A stretch of 63,663 bases of DNA, filler included, from Octopus bimaculoides (lineage: Eukaryota), in the NCBI RefSeq assembly GCF_001194135.2. It is 5 parts of 5 records of this genome, joined end to end, with 100 filler letters (N's around TTAATTAATTAA, not from the genome) between each part and the next. Parts side by side here need not be neighbours in the genome. Positions count along the whole stretch, not along the records: positions 35,764 to 61,000 come from NC_068998.1; 4 more parts are not named here. One strand, written 5' to 3'. Below, piece by piece: positions 35,959-49,812 of the stretch. Position 1 is the first letter of the stretch; the number at the start of each line of letters is the position of its first letter. The position numbers and the translations under genes were made by a program. The notes below the pieces were generated by a model. The model saw only the letters and a list, made by a program, of their open reading frames with translations. It did not search any database and was not told the DNA's origin.

Positions 35959-38900
35959 ACTTGTACTCTTTTTGTTATGTGTGTTCTGCATTGAGTAACA
36001 GATACTCCCATGTCACTTTTACAGTTACAAAGACAGTTAGTCATTTATTAGCCCATTGGAAACAACAAATGACTCTGTTGCTCACTAATTGCAATATAAA
36101 TTAATTATAGAAAAAGTAAAAAATTAACAAGACACAATTAAACAAACAAGTGAGCCTACCCCCAAAATAAAGACACACACACACACACACATTAATACAT
36201 ACACAAACATATATACATGTCTGCACACATCCATATATATTTACTCACATACACATACATACAGACATGCGCTCACACATAAATTATACAGACAGAATAT
36301 ATATATATATATATATAAACATGTATAAACATGTATATAACACATATATAAACATGTATATATGTACCTGAAAATAGACATTGCATTGCATAGAGAACAA
36401 AAAAGAAGAAAAAAACCAAAAATCTTAAAATTCTCGAGAGATAGCTGTATTATCTATGGTAGTATATAAAATACCAATATATTAATTTGAAATTCAATAT
36501 CTTTGAAAAGAAAAATATATGAGCAGAATGCAAAATGTAACTTCATCCTCCTCCATCTCTCCGCCTCACCGAAATAAAACATCATAGCGTAATTTTTGAA
36601 AATGTGAGAAGTACCCTATATGATAATACATACACACATGCAATTGCACACACATATATACATAGCAATACAAATATATATATATATANNNNNNNNNNNN
36701 NNNNNNNNNNNNNNNNNNNNNNNNNNNNNNNNNNNNNNNNNNNNNNNNNNNNNNNNNNNNNNNNNNNNNNNNNNNNNNNNNNNNNNNNNNNNNNNNNNNN
36801 NNNNNNNNNNNNNNNNNNNNNNNNNNNNNNNNNNNNNNNNNNNNNNNNNNNNNNNNNNNNNNNNNNNNNNNNNNNNNNNNNNNNNNNNNNNNNNNNNNNN
36901 NNNNNNNNNNNNNNNNNNNNNNNNNNNNNNNNNNNNNNNNNNNNNNNNNNNNNNNNNNNNNNNNNNNNNNNNNNNNNNNNNNNNNNNNNNNNNNNNNNNN
37001 NNNNNNNNNNNNNNNNNNNNNNNNNNNNNNNNNNNNNNNNNNNNNNNNNNNNNNNNNNNNNNNNNNNNNNNNNNNNNNNNNNNNNNNNNNNNNNNNNNNN
37101 NNNNNNNNNNNNNNNNNNNNNNNNNNNNNNNNNNNNNNNNNNNNNNNNNNNNNNNNNNNNNNNNNNNNNNNNNNNNNNNNNNNNNNNNNNNNNNNNNNNN
37201 NNNNNNNNNNNNNNNNNNNNNNNNNNNNNNNNNNNNNNNNNNNNNNNNNNNNNNNNNNNNNNNNNNNNNNNNNNNNNNNNNNNNNNNNNNNNNNNNNNNN
37301 NNNNNNNNNNNNNNNNNNNNNNNNNNNNNNNNNNNNNNNNNNNNNNNNNNNNNNNNNNNNNNNNNNNNNNNNNNNNNNNNNNNNNNNNNNNNNNNNNNNN
37401 NNNNNNNNNNNNNNNNNNNNNNNNNNNNNNNNNNNNNNNNNNNNNNNNNNNNNNNNNNNNNNNNNNNNNNNNNNNNNNNNNNNNNNNNNNNNNNNNNNNN
37501 NNNNNNNNNNNNNNNNNNNNNNNNNNNNNNNNNNNNNNNNNNNNNNNNNNNNNNNNNNNNNNNNNNNNNNNNNNNNNNNNNNNNNNNNNNNNNNNNNNNN
37601 NNNNNNNNNNNNNNNNNNNNNNATGTATATATAATATTATATGAAATGAATAACAAATACACATAACAAAAACAAAACAGATGCCAGATAATTTCATTTC
37701 TATTACAATATGGTTTTGCACTGTTCTTTTGATTGAATTATCTGAATTATCAAAGTGAGAAATCTCACCTATGTAATACTCCAGACATTTCACTAATTTC
37801 ACAAACTCAGCTTTTTACTATTAGATTAGCTGTATATAAATGTGTCTGGTGCGTTGGAGTGAGGACTGGTATTACAGGTGTGTGTGTGTGTGTGTGTGCG
37901 TGCGTGCTTGGAAGGCCTGTGTCTAGGTCTCTATCTGAAAATGCATCTTTGCATATGTTTAAGCAAATTATGTGTGTACTGGAGTGTGAAATTGTTTATG
38001 CCTGCCTATAGATGCATATATGTTGACTGATAAATATGCTTTAAAGATAAATACTTTCTGTAAATAAAGCTTAATTCAATTTTAGAATTGAATGTAGATT
38101 TTCTTTTTTTTTTTTTTTTTTTNNNNNNNNNNTTTTTTTTTTTTTCTTTTTGTTTTACCTAAAAATTCGACATAAAAAATAAATTTTGCATGTAACTTTA
38201 AAAAGTTTAATTTTGTTTCACGAATAAATGTGATATGTTAGAAATATATTCAAGGTATGGATAAATAAAGTGGTTTTGCACGCTGCTACGAAGGAATTTT
38301 GATATTAAAAGTCCTAATTAATGGAGCAACAAAATATGTACAACAAGCATATTCCAGTTTTTGATTTTGGAGATAATCTTTAAACACTTTGATAGAGCAA
38401 AAATCATAAGCTCTGTCTCTCCCTCTCTATCTCTTTCACTCTCTCTCTCTCTCCCTCACTCTCTCTCTCTTTCTCTCACCAAGTCATGAAAAGATATTCT
38501 GGAATTTTGTCGAAGCATTAACACTGAATGGGAACTGACAATCAGCAACTGAATATAATCATGGCAGCCATTTGCAAAAGTATGGGTTGGTGTCAGCAAG
38601 GTTGTGTAGTTAAGAAATTCAGTTCACAACCACACGGTTCTGGGTTCAATCCTATTGCATGGCACTTATTTTCTGCTAGGGTTGATCAGTGCCACGGAAA
38701 TAGAATTTGGTTGACAGAAACTATTGAAGTCCGTCAAGCATTTGTATGGCTTTCATCCTTTATATTTCACTTGTTTCAGTCAGTGCACTATGCCCATGCT
38801 GGGGCACCATCATCTAAGGTTTTTGCCAAAAAAAATCAACCACAGTAATTAGTTTTTAAGTCTATTACTTACTCTAGTACTTACTCTTTTGCTAAACCAT

Positions 38901-39125
38901 TAAGTTACAGGGATGTAAACAAACCAAGACCAGTTGCTAAGAGTTGGTGGGGGAAAACACACACACACACATACATATATATATATGGTGCTTGTGAAAA
39001 CATTGATGATGATGATGATAACAATGATGGGTGACTTGAACATTTTTCCCTTTCCTTCTTTGTTTCTTCATATTCTTCTGGTTTAAAATAAAAACAATTT
39101 CTTGGTTAATATAATTAATTAACTA

Positions 39126-39341
39126 AGGTGGCAAGCTGGCAGAATCGTTAGCATGCCAGGTGAAATGCTTAGTGGTATTTCGTCTGCTACTACGTTCTGA
39201 GTTCAAATTCTGCTGAGGTTGACATTGCCTTTCATCCTTTTGGGGTTGATAAATTAAGTACCAGTTGAGTGCTGAGGTCGACCTAATCAACTGGCTCCCT
39301 CCCCAAAAATTTCAGGCCTTGTGCCTCATGTAGAAAAGAAT
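39126..39341 (+). mobile_element. Full-length SINE family B (about 215 bp)
   Basis: Head GGTGGCAAGCTGGCAGAATCGTTAGC, B box GAGTTCAAATTC, central GTTGACATTGCCTTTCATCC...AAGTACCAG (resembles the Meta domain from memory; unverified), end GTAGAAAAGAATT. Confidence 0.9.
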
Positions 39342-39769
39342 TTAATTAATTTAACTATCAACTGAAGATACACAATACATAGAAACAGTCTGTCTATGGT
39401 CATAGAACTGGCAGTTAAAATCATTAAATGTTAAATTTGTAAACAATCTAACATCTCAAGTCACTCATAATAAAGATTCTTTTGAGAGCAAAAGTAAAAA
39501 AAGACAAAATTGAATGAAAACAATTTTAATATGCTTTCCTGTCTTATATGAAAAATAGATGAACCAATAATTAATCTACTAATGACTAATAAATTGATTA
39601 CTTGAAATTGATTACAGTTAATGTTGTTTTAAAGAAACACATTAAAAACTGTCAACAACAAGAGAATTATAAAGTCAGCCATCATTATAATCCACATCCG
39701 TTGTGATGGGGTTTGCTGTCTGGGGGAGACACTAAATATCATCACCATCATCATCATCATCACCACCAC

Positions 39770-39915
39770 CACTAACATCACCATCATCCTTCAATGTCCT
39801 CTTTTCCGTGCTTGCATGGGTCAGATGAAATTTGTTGAGACAGATTTTTCTATGGCTGGATGCCCTTCCTGTCACCAACCCTCACCTGTTTCCAAGCAAG
39901 ACAAGGGTTGGCCAG
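39770..39915 (-). mobile_element. RTE-type 3' UTR fragment (family C variant)
   Basis: (CAT)n, then TTCAATGTCCTCTTTTCCGTGCTTGCATGGG...GGATGCCCTTCCTGTCACCAACC. Confidence 0.7.
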
Positions 39916-40424
39916 ACGTGTTTAATTTTTCCCCCACAGAAGACTGAAAGCAAACAGCTTTCTTACTTATAACCATCACATGATGTCAAGACAATGGTAC
40001 GCACAAACATACACACATACACAGATACATACATACCTGTATACATACATACATACATACATGCATACATACATACATATACAAACATACATACATTTAT
40101 CTATCTATCTATCTGTGTGTGTGTGTTTGCCTCCAGAGTGAAAAAGTACTGTCCCCAGAACAGGCTGAGGGTCCAATCAGCCATGCCAGTTCATCAATAT
40201 CCAAACAGCGGCACCTAATTGTCTCATTCTGGAAGAAATCAACCTGGCACATTGGATATTTTTGGACAAATTCCAATATAATTTCTGAGAATCTCTGCAA
40301 GAGGAATTGAAGCACTATACATGCACCAAACTTTGGTGAAGACATGGAGACACAGTAACTTTTTAATACAATCAAAATGGACAAGTTAGATGCTGTTTTT
40401 TCTCAAAATCTATGGATTCTGTCA

Positions 40425-40774
40425 GCACAGGCATGGCTGTGTGGGTAAAAAGCTTACTCTGCAACCACCTAGTTTCTGGTTCAGTCCCACTGTGTGGCAC
40501 CTTGGGCAAGTGTCTTCTACTACAGCCCTTGGCTGACCAATACCCTATGAGTGAAATTGGTAGGCAGAAACTGTGTGGAAGCCTATCATACATATTTATG
40601 TTTGTCATACCCACACCATTCAACAACCTGTGTTGGTTTGATTCCATCCATGACCAAAAAGGATATGTATTAGATGTTCGTTAAATATAAATGCTAGGGT
40701 CAATTTGTTTGATTAAAAACCTTTTGAGGTGGTGCTCCAGCATGGCCACAGTCCCGTGACTGAAACAAGTAAAA
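40425..40774 (+). mobile_element. Near-full SINE family A, CpG-eroded
   Basis: Head, CORE-like segment, and tail GGTGCTCCAGCATGGCCACAGTCC..TGACTGAAACAAGTAAAA. Confidence 0.85.
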
Positions 40775-40834
40775 TATACTGCCGACAGTCAGTAACTGCA
40801 GCATCTTTCAACATAGATCCTTCAGTGAACCAAA

Positions 40835-41257
40835 GTTCCTCTATCAAATGTTTTCTTCACATTGTTTTCAATTAATCATTCATCATTTTGTAGCTTTGAG
40901 ATTTCAGTAATGTGACTGTTTTATTTTTAGAATGACATTGTAAGGTAGGTGTGAGAGGCTAAATCTGGCCAGTTTTATAGCTTTAGTTAAGCTATACACA
41001 AAAGAAATTGATAGAGACACAGAATGTGTAAGTGAAAGATTTATTTCGTTAGACACATGAGGGCGACAGCAGCCAGTCAACGTCGAAAACCCACTGGAAG
41101 TAAACTTTGCTGCAGACCAGCTGCCTAGCTAACCCACAGTGAAGTTCCTGTCTACAGTTTATCCATCATAAATGCTTAGGCGTTGCCCTACAGTTTGAAC
41201 TTAAAACAGACTGGATATTTGGGTTGGACATTGCTGGTTCAAATGCTAAATGGTTAA
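40835..41257 (+). mobile_element. MITE-like element (TTAA end, piggyBac-like) interrupted by a 217-bp insert
   Basis: Right end AAATGCTAAATGGTTAA. Removing 40976-41196 restores a contiguous GGCCAGTTTGAAC. Confidence 0.5.
40976..41192 (-). mobile_element. Solo-LTR-like insertion with 4-bp target-site duplication GTTT
   Basis: Minus strand starts TGTAG and ends CTATA (one change from CTACA) and contains AATAAA. GTTT flanks it at 40972-75 and 41193-96. Confidence 0.65.
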
Positions 41258-41597
41258 GGCACAATGACACAGGAAAGACTCAATGACCTTAGTGTTCTTG
41301 CTGTTAAGAGTGAAGTTGCTGGGAGAATTTATTTCAATGGAATAACAAAATCAATTGCTTTAAAAGGGACGTGTTTTGTTTAGTTATGAGAATTTGTAAT
41401 TCTGCATTATTGAACTTATTAAAGTAATTATTGACGATATGTTTAAACATTCAATAAATTATCCAATTAAACAAGCAGATGTTTGTATTTTCTTTTCTCA
41501 AAATCAAAAACTGCTGATTGTTGAAAGTTTTGTCCATGGAGAATTTCACAAAGAAAAATTGTTTTGTTTTGTTTTTTTTATTTGCTCTTGGTCTTAG

Positions 41598-41890
41598 ATG
41601 CAGGAATGGCTGTGTGGTTAAGAGGCTCACTGTACAACCACAAGGTTTTTGGTTCAATCCCACTGCACAACACCTTGGACAAGTGTCTTCTGCTATAGTC
41701 CTGAGCCAACTAATGCCCTGTGTGTGGATACATGGGAAATGTGTAGAAACCCATCATACCTGTGTGTGTGTGTGCATGCATGTGTGTGTATGTGTGTGTG
41801 TGTGTGTTTGTGTTTGTCCCCTCTGTCACTTAACAACAAGTGTTGGTTTGTTTACATCCCTGTGACTTATCAGTTCAGCAAAACTGACAA
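41598..41890 (+). mobile_element. SINE family A with internal (TG)n
   Basis: GGTTCAATCCC B box, CACCTTGGACAAGTGTCTTCT, and a CpG-depleted middle. Confidence 0.8.
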
Positions 41891-43524
41891 TTGTCAGTAA
41901 CAGGAAGAGCAGCCAGTCATAGAAAACCTCCATTAATGAATTCTGTCCAATCAGAATTGCCAGCAAGCATTAAAATGATGATGGTGATGATGATAGACTT
42001 TTCAAGTAATTTTACATTTCCTCATTAAAGAAACTGCGATTCACCAAGAAATATTTCTAATTAATATCTTTCAAGAAAAACCAAGAAAAATACCCAGAAA
42101 TCTTCGGCTCAACTTCAATAGTAATTCTTTATTAAATCTGCAAAATGGTATATTTTTAGAATGTCTACAGAAGAATCTAGTATTACTATTATAATTTATT
42201 CTTCATCAATTCTGTTGTTTATTAACAAAAATAAATATGTTAGTTTATTATTTCCGATATTAATTTTTTGTCTACATATTTAAAATTTAAAATTTTCTGT
42301 TTTGCTTTAATTTGATCAACATCCATTAATCATTAATGATTTTGATGAGTCATCAATCACCACCGAGCAGCAAAGACACAAGCGAAGACTTTATAAACTG
42401 AAGAGAGGTTAAATTAAGTACAAAGTTTGGTTGTTTTGATTGCACTTAATTTAGGTTAAAACTTTAATTGAAAACTTTAATAACGATATTATTAATGAAA
42501 TACTGGGAATTAGATGGCAATAACTTATAACAATAAAATACTGAATTATTTAACACAAAAAAGAAAATCAAATTCATTGTCTTGATACAAAGTTTAGCCC
42601 AGAGGTAGCACGCTGGCAAGCATCATGAGGAGGAGGGAAAATCTTTATTACTAGCCTTAATATGTCACTAAAGATTGAATCTTTGGATCTGCTGGAGTCA
42701 CATTCCTGGAAGTAATTGTTTCATTCTCTCCAATTCTTTCTTTCAATGACTATTTTTCTGACCTCCTCCAAGTTGTAAAATGCTTTTGTCTGAAGACTAT
42801 CATTCTCATCCATATTTTAAATCACTTAAAAGAGACCAGTTTTTTTTTTCTATCTGAAGAAAGCGACTAAGCCTTATGCGTTATAAACTGATTGAGTAAA
42901 ACATATGAGGCAGACTTAATGACAACCCTTACTTTCAAGGCTCTCATTTATTATTCCATTCTGATTCCGATAAATATAACAGTAAATGGATTATGAATAT
43001 GTGTTGGCCAAGAATCGTTAAGCCCTGATACTAATACGATCTTGCTCTTTTTGTTTTTTTTTTTGTTTTAGTTAATTTATTCTGCTACTTCATCATCACT
43101 GATGTGTTTATGTTTGTGAATTGATGTAATGGGAATAAATGTGCACCTTACACTGCTGATGACGGTCTTGCTAGAATTCCAGGATTCTAAATAGAAACAC
43201 CATAACCTGCCAGAAAGCATTCACTCTGCTGCTGTTCTGCTGTTTCAGCAGAACTGACACTTCTTCAAAATAACATTAGCGCATCTCCAGACTCTCCTGA
43301 TGGAGATATTCCTTTAAGAGATCCTGATATCAATCTAATTTAGTTCAAAGCTGAAAATCGCACACACACACACAGATACATACACACACACATATATACC
43401 TATATACGTACATATACATACATATATACATATATATACATATGTGTATACAGACACACACACATTTGTACATACATATATCATCATCATTATCATTTAA
43501 CCTCCACCTTCCATGCTGACATAG

Positions 43525-43558
<34 letters not shown>

Positions 43559-44164
43559 GTAAGTACATATATATATATATTATATAAACATATATATAAA
43601 TGTGTATATACATATATATATTATATAAACACACACACGCACACGCACATATATATATACATATACATACATACACACACACTCAAATGTATACATATAT
43701 ATGATGTTTCCATTCATCATTTTATGTTTTTACAAAAAGAAAAAGCTTTCAGAAAATTTCCTACCAATTTAGAATATAAATTGAACAGCGTGTGTGTTAA
43801 GAAAGCAACAAAAATAACAAAAATTAGATAAATAAAAGCTTTTTAAGCTGAAACAGAGACCCCCACCATTTAAAACTATTCTCTGGGGTATCTTTAATTT
43901 GAGAGAGTAACATTGATTGGCAATGTTTTCTAATCACACAGACATGATCTTCTCAATAATAAACCAGTTTGATTCTGTCTTATGACAGCTGAGTGTAGCT
44001 TACCTAAACCAGTCTGTCGTTCAAGTAATCGAGGCCGAAATAGCTGAATAATGAAAATATTAGACGACTTCCTCAAGGGTTAGATGTGTTCATGTCAGCT
44101 GCAAGCATTTCATTGTAGTTCTGCATGAGATAAATTAGACGAAATTGCTTCTGTTAACTTATAT

Positions 44165-44272
44165 TGATATCATCATCATCATCGTCATTATTGTTTAACA
44201 TCTGCTTTCCATGCTGGCATGGGCTGGACAGTTTGACAGGAGCTGGCCAGCCGGGGAGTTGTCCAGGCTCCA
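44165..44272 (-). mobile_element. RTE LINE 3' UTR fragment (family C)
   Basis: TTTAACATCTGCTTTCCATGCTGGCATGGGCTGGACAGTTTGACAGG...CCAGGCTCCA. Confidence 0.8.
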
Positions 44273-44316
44273 AAATATATATATATATTGGAGGCTGGAC
44301 ATACATACATACATAC

Positions 44317-44840
<524 letters not shown>

Positions 44841-44955
44841 TATATATATATATATATATATATATCATTACATATATCATGATATACATGTCTGTATATC
44901 TCTCTGTATCTCTGTATATCATTATGTATCACAATATATATATATTCATATATGA

Positions 44956-44991
<36 letters not shown>

Positions 44992-45632
44992 TCATGAACC
45001 ATTGATGAGGGTCCAATCTATTATGAATTCTGTCTCTTTAATCTAAAGTCTGTCATATCCATTCAACTCCCCCCCCACACACGCACACACACCATTTCTT
45101 TCAGGCTCTTCTCATATTCTCATAAACCTTCCCTACTCTCATATTCTCATATTCTCACTCACCCTCTTTACTTTCTATTATTCTCTTTACAGCCTTCTTT
45201 TTGCTTTTATTTTATATTCCTACCGTCTCGTCTCGTTTCCTCCATCCATCCATCCATCCAGTCATCCAGCCAGCCAGCCAGCCAGCCAGCCAACCAACCA
45301 GCCAACCAAAGTAACCCCTATCTGTCTCAGCTGATAAGAATAGTCAATAAAACTGACTGTAAACTAACTAAATGGTCACTCAATGACTGAAAATAAAAAA
45401 AAAAGCAAAGTAAATAAACAAAACATATGAAGTGAAACAATAAATAAAAACACCAGCAGAAAGAAACTATAACAGGGAAAAAGAGAGTGAGAAAAAAAGA
45501 GAGTGGGAGAGAGAGAGAAAGGGAGAGAGAATGTATAGAAACCTGACAATGCCTGGAATCGCAGGTGATAAACAGCAAATTGATTATAGCTTACTGCACA
45601 TACATGTGTGTGTGTGTGTGTTTGTGTACGAA

Positions 45633-45678
<46 letters not shown>

Positions 45679-45742
45679 TATCTATATATGAGTGTGTATG
45701 TGTGTGTGTGTAAGTATATATATGTATATATATGCATGTATG

Positions 45743-45777
<35 letters not shown>

Positions 45778-47002
45778 GTAAATATACACACGTGTACATA
45801 CACACAAAATAATATATATATCTATATGTATGTATATGTATACATCCCTACTTATATACATGTGCATACACTCACACACATACACACACACACACACTCA
45901 CGCACACATACACACACATACACATATACACGTATGCATACACACGTGCACATACATGCACACGTACTTATTGTAGTGCAGAGATGTCTCCCTGCAGCCA
46001 TTGACCCCATAAAGGGATCAGCAGAATCTGATCCTCCGCAAGATTTATACTCTTTTTCCTCGGCCATGTTAAGAACTTTGTTTTTCCTTCTTCATCTTCT
46101 TTTTATTGTTTTGTAAATTCAAATGTGTATATGTGTGTGTATATATACATAAGACTTTATGCACACCTGCATACACACATATATACATATACATTATGTA
46201 TATATATATATGTATGTTTGTATGTATGTATGTATGTATATATGTATATATGTATGTACAAATGAACATGTGTATGTGTATATTTTATTTATGGATGTGT
46301 GTATGTATTTGTGTATGTATTTGTGTGTGTCTGTGTGTCTGTGTGTCTGTCTATTGTATATCCATTTGCAGCTCCCTTCACCATTCTCTGACAACCACAC
46401 CTTTCGGTTATTGGTTGTGGGTGGGAGTATAAACACAATTCTGTTCTCAAGAGATTGAAACTTGAGGAATTGACGAAGTTAAGAGATTTCTCTTGCAGTT
46501 TACAGCCATCTGCCGAGTTGGTGGTGGCAGCAGGCAGCAAATGAATTCTCACTGCTTCTCCAGATGAATGTTTCAACAGATTCCAGTTTTACCATTTCTG
46601 TTGAATGTAAAGACCGACCATTCTAGGTGAGAAATATCTAAACAAAACTATCTTTGGAATATCTTGACTCTTTGAGAATTGATGAAGAAAATAGTGAAGT
46701 GCTTTTCTTTCAATTTGTGCTGAAGTTGTCTGGGAATGGAAAGAGACGGAAAGAGGCAGGTAAAAGATGAAACAATCAAAGTTGATTAGAGATAAAGAAA
46801 TGGGAAGGGGTGGTCAGGTGTGGTTGTCTGGTTACTATAGAACTGACAGGCCTGTCTGTGATGTTGAGATATTCATGTCACCACCACGTGACTCTGGGTT
46901 CAATTCCACAGTGCAATGCTTTCAGCAACTATCTCTCCCTTCCTCTCATTCATCTTTCTCTCTCTCTCACTCTCTGTCTGTCTGTTTCTCATTCTCTCTT
47001 AC

Positions 47003-47052
<50 letters not shown>

Positions 47053-47429
47053 CATGTACCATGCCTACAAGCATCAGTAATCATGGATCTCCATGACAAA
47101 GTCTGAATATTCATGAGTTTCCTTGGCAAAGAGACAGAAATAGTTTCTCCGTTTCCATCTGCTAGTTTCTTTACAAGTTACTCTGATAGTTTCCTTCTCT
47201 CTCAAACAAACCCTTGAGGTACAGGGTCCATTTAACCCGTAAGAAGAGGGACTGGTTCACACAATACCAGAGCATGTCTAATCACTGGTGGGATTGTAGT
47301 CCCTTACAAGGTGTTCAGGGTTAAATTTGACAGTTTGTATGAAAGGGAAAAGAAAAACCAATAACTCCATCCAAAAATAAAGAATTCTAAAACATGAAAA
47401 AATATCCACAAGATTTATGGCTGGGAGGT

Positions 47430-47665
47430 AACAGTTTCCTCAAAGTAGTATCGGTCCTCAGCTTCTACTCCAGAACCTGGTGCATGCCTTCCTGATTGTG
47501 TCCCGGGAAAGGTCTTTGAACATCTTGATCCTTGTGACCAGCTTGGCCTTGGTGTCGAAGGCAGAGCAGTTGTTGTCTTTCTCAGCCATGCTTCACACAT
47601 AGTAATCCATGGGATTACAATCAGAGGAATTAGGAAGTCAGAAGTTGAAGTTGGTGATGTCTTAA
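47430..47665 (-). mobile_element. Tc1/mariner-superfamily transposase C-terminal relic
   Basis: F*LPNSSDCNPMDYYV*SMAEK...KAKLVTRIK...LSRDTIRKACTRF...AEDRYYFE resembles WPPNSPDLNPMDYxVW ... GGYFE (maT/DD37D-like, by inference). Confidence 0.8.
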
Positions 47666-47689
47666 AACTGCAGAAAAATGGATAGATGT

Positions 47690-49020
47690 GATTGATAAAA
47701 AGACAAATGAAAACAGGAAAGGTTGCCATAATGCAAGAGATACAGTTTTACTAAGTTCTTGTATGGTTTTGCAATGTATGAAAGGAAAAGTATTGAATCA
47801 TTTTGTTGTAAAATAGTCTGATAAAAGATCTATAATCAGGAAGCGTGAAGATGTTAAAACAATCATTTAACCAAAACAATGTTCATCTTTACTATATCTA
47901 AAACAAAGAATATAGAATTGGTCTGCCATAAATCTCTTGATAAAGCATAAATATAACCAGGAAATGTTAGCATGTCACAAGAGCAATCCATTAACAAGTT
48001 ATTCTTTGACTATACAAGGCTTAAAAAAAAAGTATGGAATCGGTCTGTTGTGAATATTTAGATAAAAGATAAATAAGCAGAAAATGTGAGTCTGTTGTTG
48101 GAAGAATTGTTTAACTAAGTCAATGTATGACATTACGATGCATAAAACGAAGAATATAGATTCTTCACTTTCCTCTAAATATCTTGAAAGATAAACTAAA
48201 ACTAGAAAATGTTAGCATGTCACAAGAGCAATCCGTTATCAAGCCATTGTACATACATTTACCTTTTTGCTTGTTCCAGCCTTTGGACTGTGGCCATGCT
48301 GAAGCACCACCTTGATAGGTTTAGTCAAACATATTGACCCCAGAGCTTATTAACATATATATATATATATACATACACACATATATACATATATATGTGT
48401 GTGTGTCTTTGTGTTTATCCTCCAGCACTTGACAAATGGTATTTGTTTCTTTACATTCCCATAACTTAGTGGTTCATCAATAGAGTCCAATAGAATATGT
48501 ACTAGACTTTAAGAAATAAGTTCTGGGGTTGATTTGTTCAAGTGAATCTTTTTGAGGCAGTGCCCCAGCATGGCCACAAGCTATTCACTGACAGAATTAA
48601 AAAGAGAAAAGAAAAACCGTTTTTAAGAGAAATCATTTTAGCAAATCACTTTACAGCTTTTACAACGTTTACAAAAGAGAGAACAGATTCGTTTTGTTGG
48701 ATAAAAAGAAGATTAAAACAAGCAGGAAAGGTTACTGTGTTACAAGAACAAGCATTTTGCCAGCTCAATGTACGAGGATACATGGCATAAAAAGAAGCAT
48801 GAAGAATCATTAATTCCTGTAAATGTCTTGACGAAAGATAAATGTAAGGAGGAAAGGTTAGCATGTCACAGGAGCCAGCGTTTAACCAAGTCAACGTACG
48901 ATAAGCTATAAAAACAAGAAATACAGATTGGTTTATGCGTGAGAGTCTTGATGAAAGATAAATAGAAGCAGGAAAGGTTTTTGAAGATAGGAAGAAGGTT
49001 GGATTTAAAGAAATTTGAAA
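47690..49020. repeat. Highly diverged ~122-bp tandem array interrupted by SINE tails (about 48260-48600)
   Basis: CAGGAAA.GTTAGCATGTCACAAGAGC-like anchors at about 47720, 47843, 47966, 48086, 48211, 48731, 48857 and 48978. Confidence 0.75.
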
Positions 49021-49327
49021 CAAATATAACTGATGTTTTTGAGACAGAGAAATATTCCAGTTGGAGATAGTTCAAATTTAAAAAAAAAATTTTCCTGTCT
49101 TTTCCAATAAAATAATTCCTTTTAAGAATTTCTTTCTGATCTTAATGATATTTTATTCCACCTCTTTCTTTATCAGTTTCGTCAAAATAATAATAATCAT
49201 CATCATCATCATTATCATTGGCGTCGTCATCATTGTTATCATCATCATCACTGTCATTACCACCTGCACCATTACTACTCTCACCACTACCATCAAAATA
49301 CACCCCCACCATTCTCCTCTTCCTTCT

Positions 49328-49423
<96 letters not shown>

Positions 49424-49431
49424 TCATAGAT

Positions 49432-49812
49432 ATTCTTTTATTCTTTTACTTGTTTCAATCATTTGACTGTGGCCATGCTGGAGCACCGCCTTTAGTTGAG
49501 CAAATCAGCCCCAGAACTTATTCTTTGTAAGCCTAGTACTTATTCTATTGGTCCCTTTTGCCGAACTGCTAAGTTACGGAGACGTAAACACACTAGCATC
49601 AGTTGTCAAGCGATGGTGGGGGAGACAAACACAGACACACACATATATATGACAGGCTTCTTTCAGTTTCCGTCTACCAAATCCATTCACAAGGCTTTGG
49701 TTGGCCTGAGACTATAGTAGAAGACACTTGCCCAAGGTGCCATGCAGTAGGACTGAATCCGGAACCATGTGGTTGGGAAGTAGGCTTCTTATCACTCAAC
49801 CATGCCTGTGCC
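49432..49812 (-). mobile_element. Full-length SINE family A
   Basis: Colinear reverse complement of 30061-30472. Confidence 0.9.

Noticed and set aside
42690-42830. LEEVRKIVIERKNWRE on the minus strand, like an RTE C-terminus
   Set aside because: Single short motif with no upstream RTE motifs.
43146-43200. CTGATGA...GAAAC hammerhead-like words; also GAAACAGCTGTA near 58549 and 58834, and TCGAAACG on the minus strand near 29170
   Set aside because: Stems I and II cannot be formed, or the CUGANGA core is missing.
46350-46630. Plus-strand exon-like segment with TTGCAG acceptors and a GTGAGA donor
   Set aside because: All frames hit a stop before or at the donor, and no peptide is recognisable.
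47232-47324. TTAA-CCC...GGG-TTAA mini-element
   Set aside because: The inverted repeat is only 3 bp beyond TTAA, which is compatible with chance.
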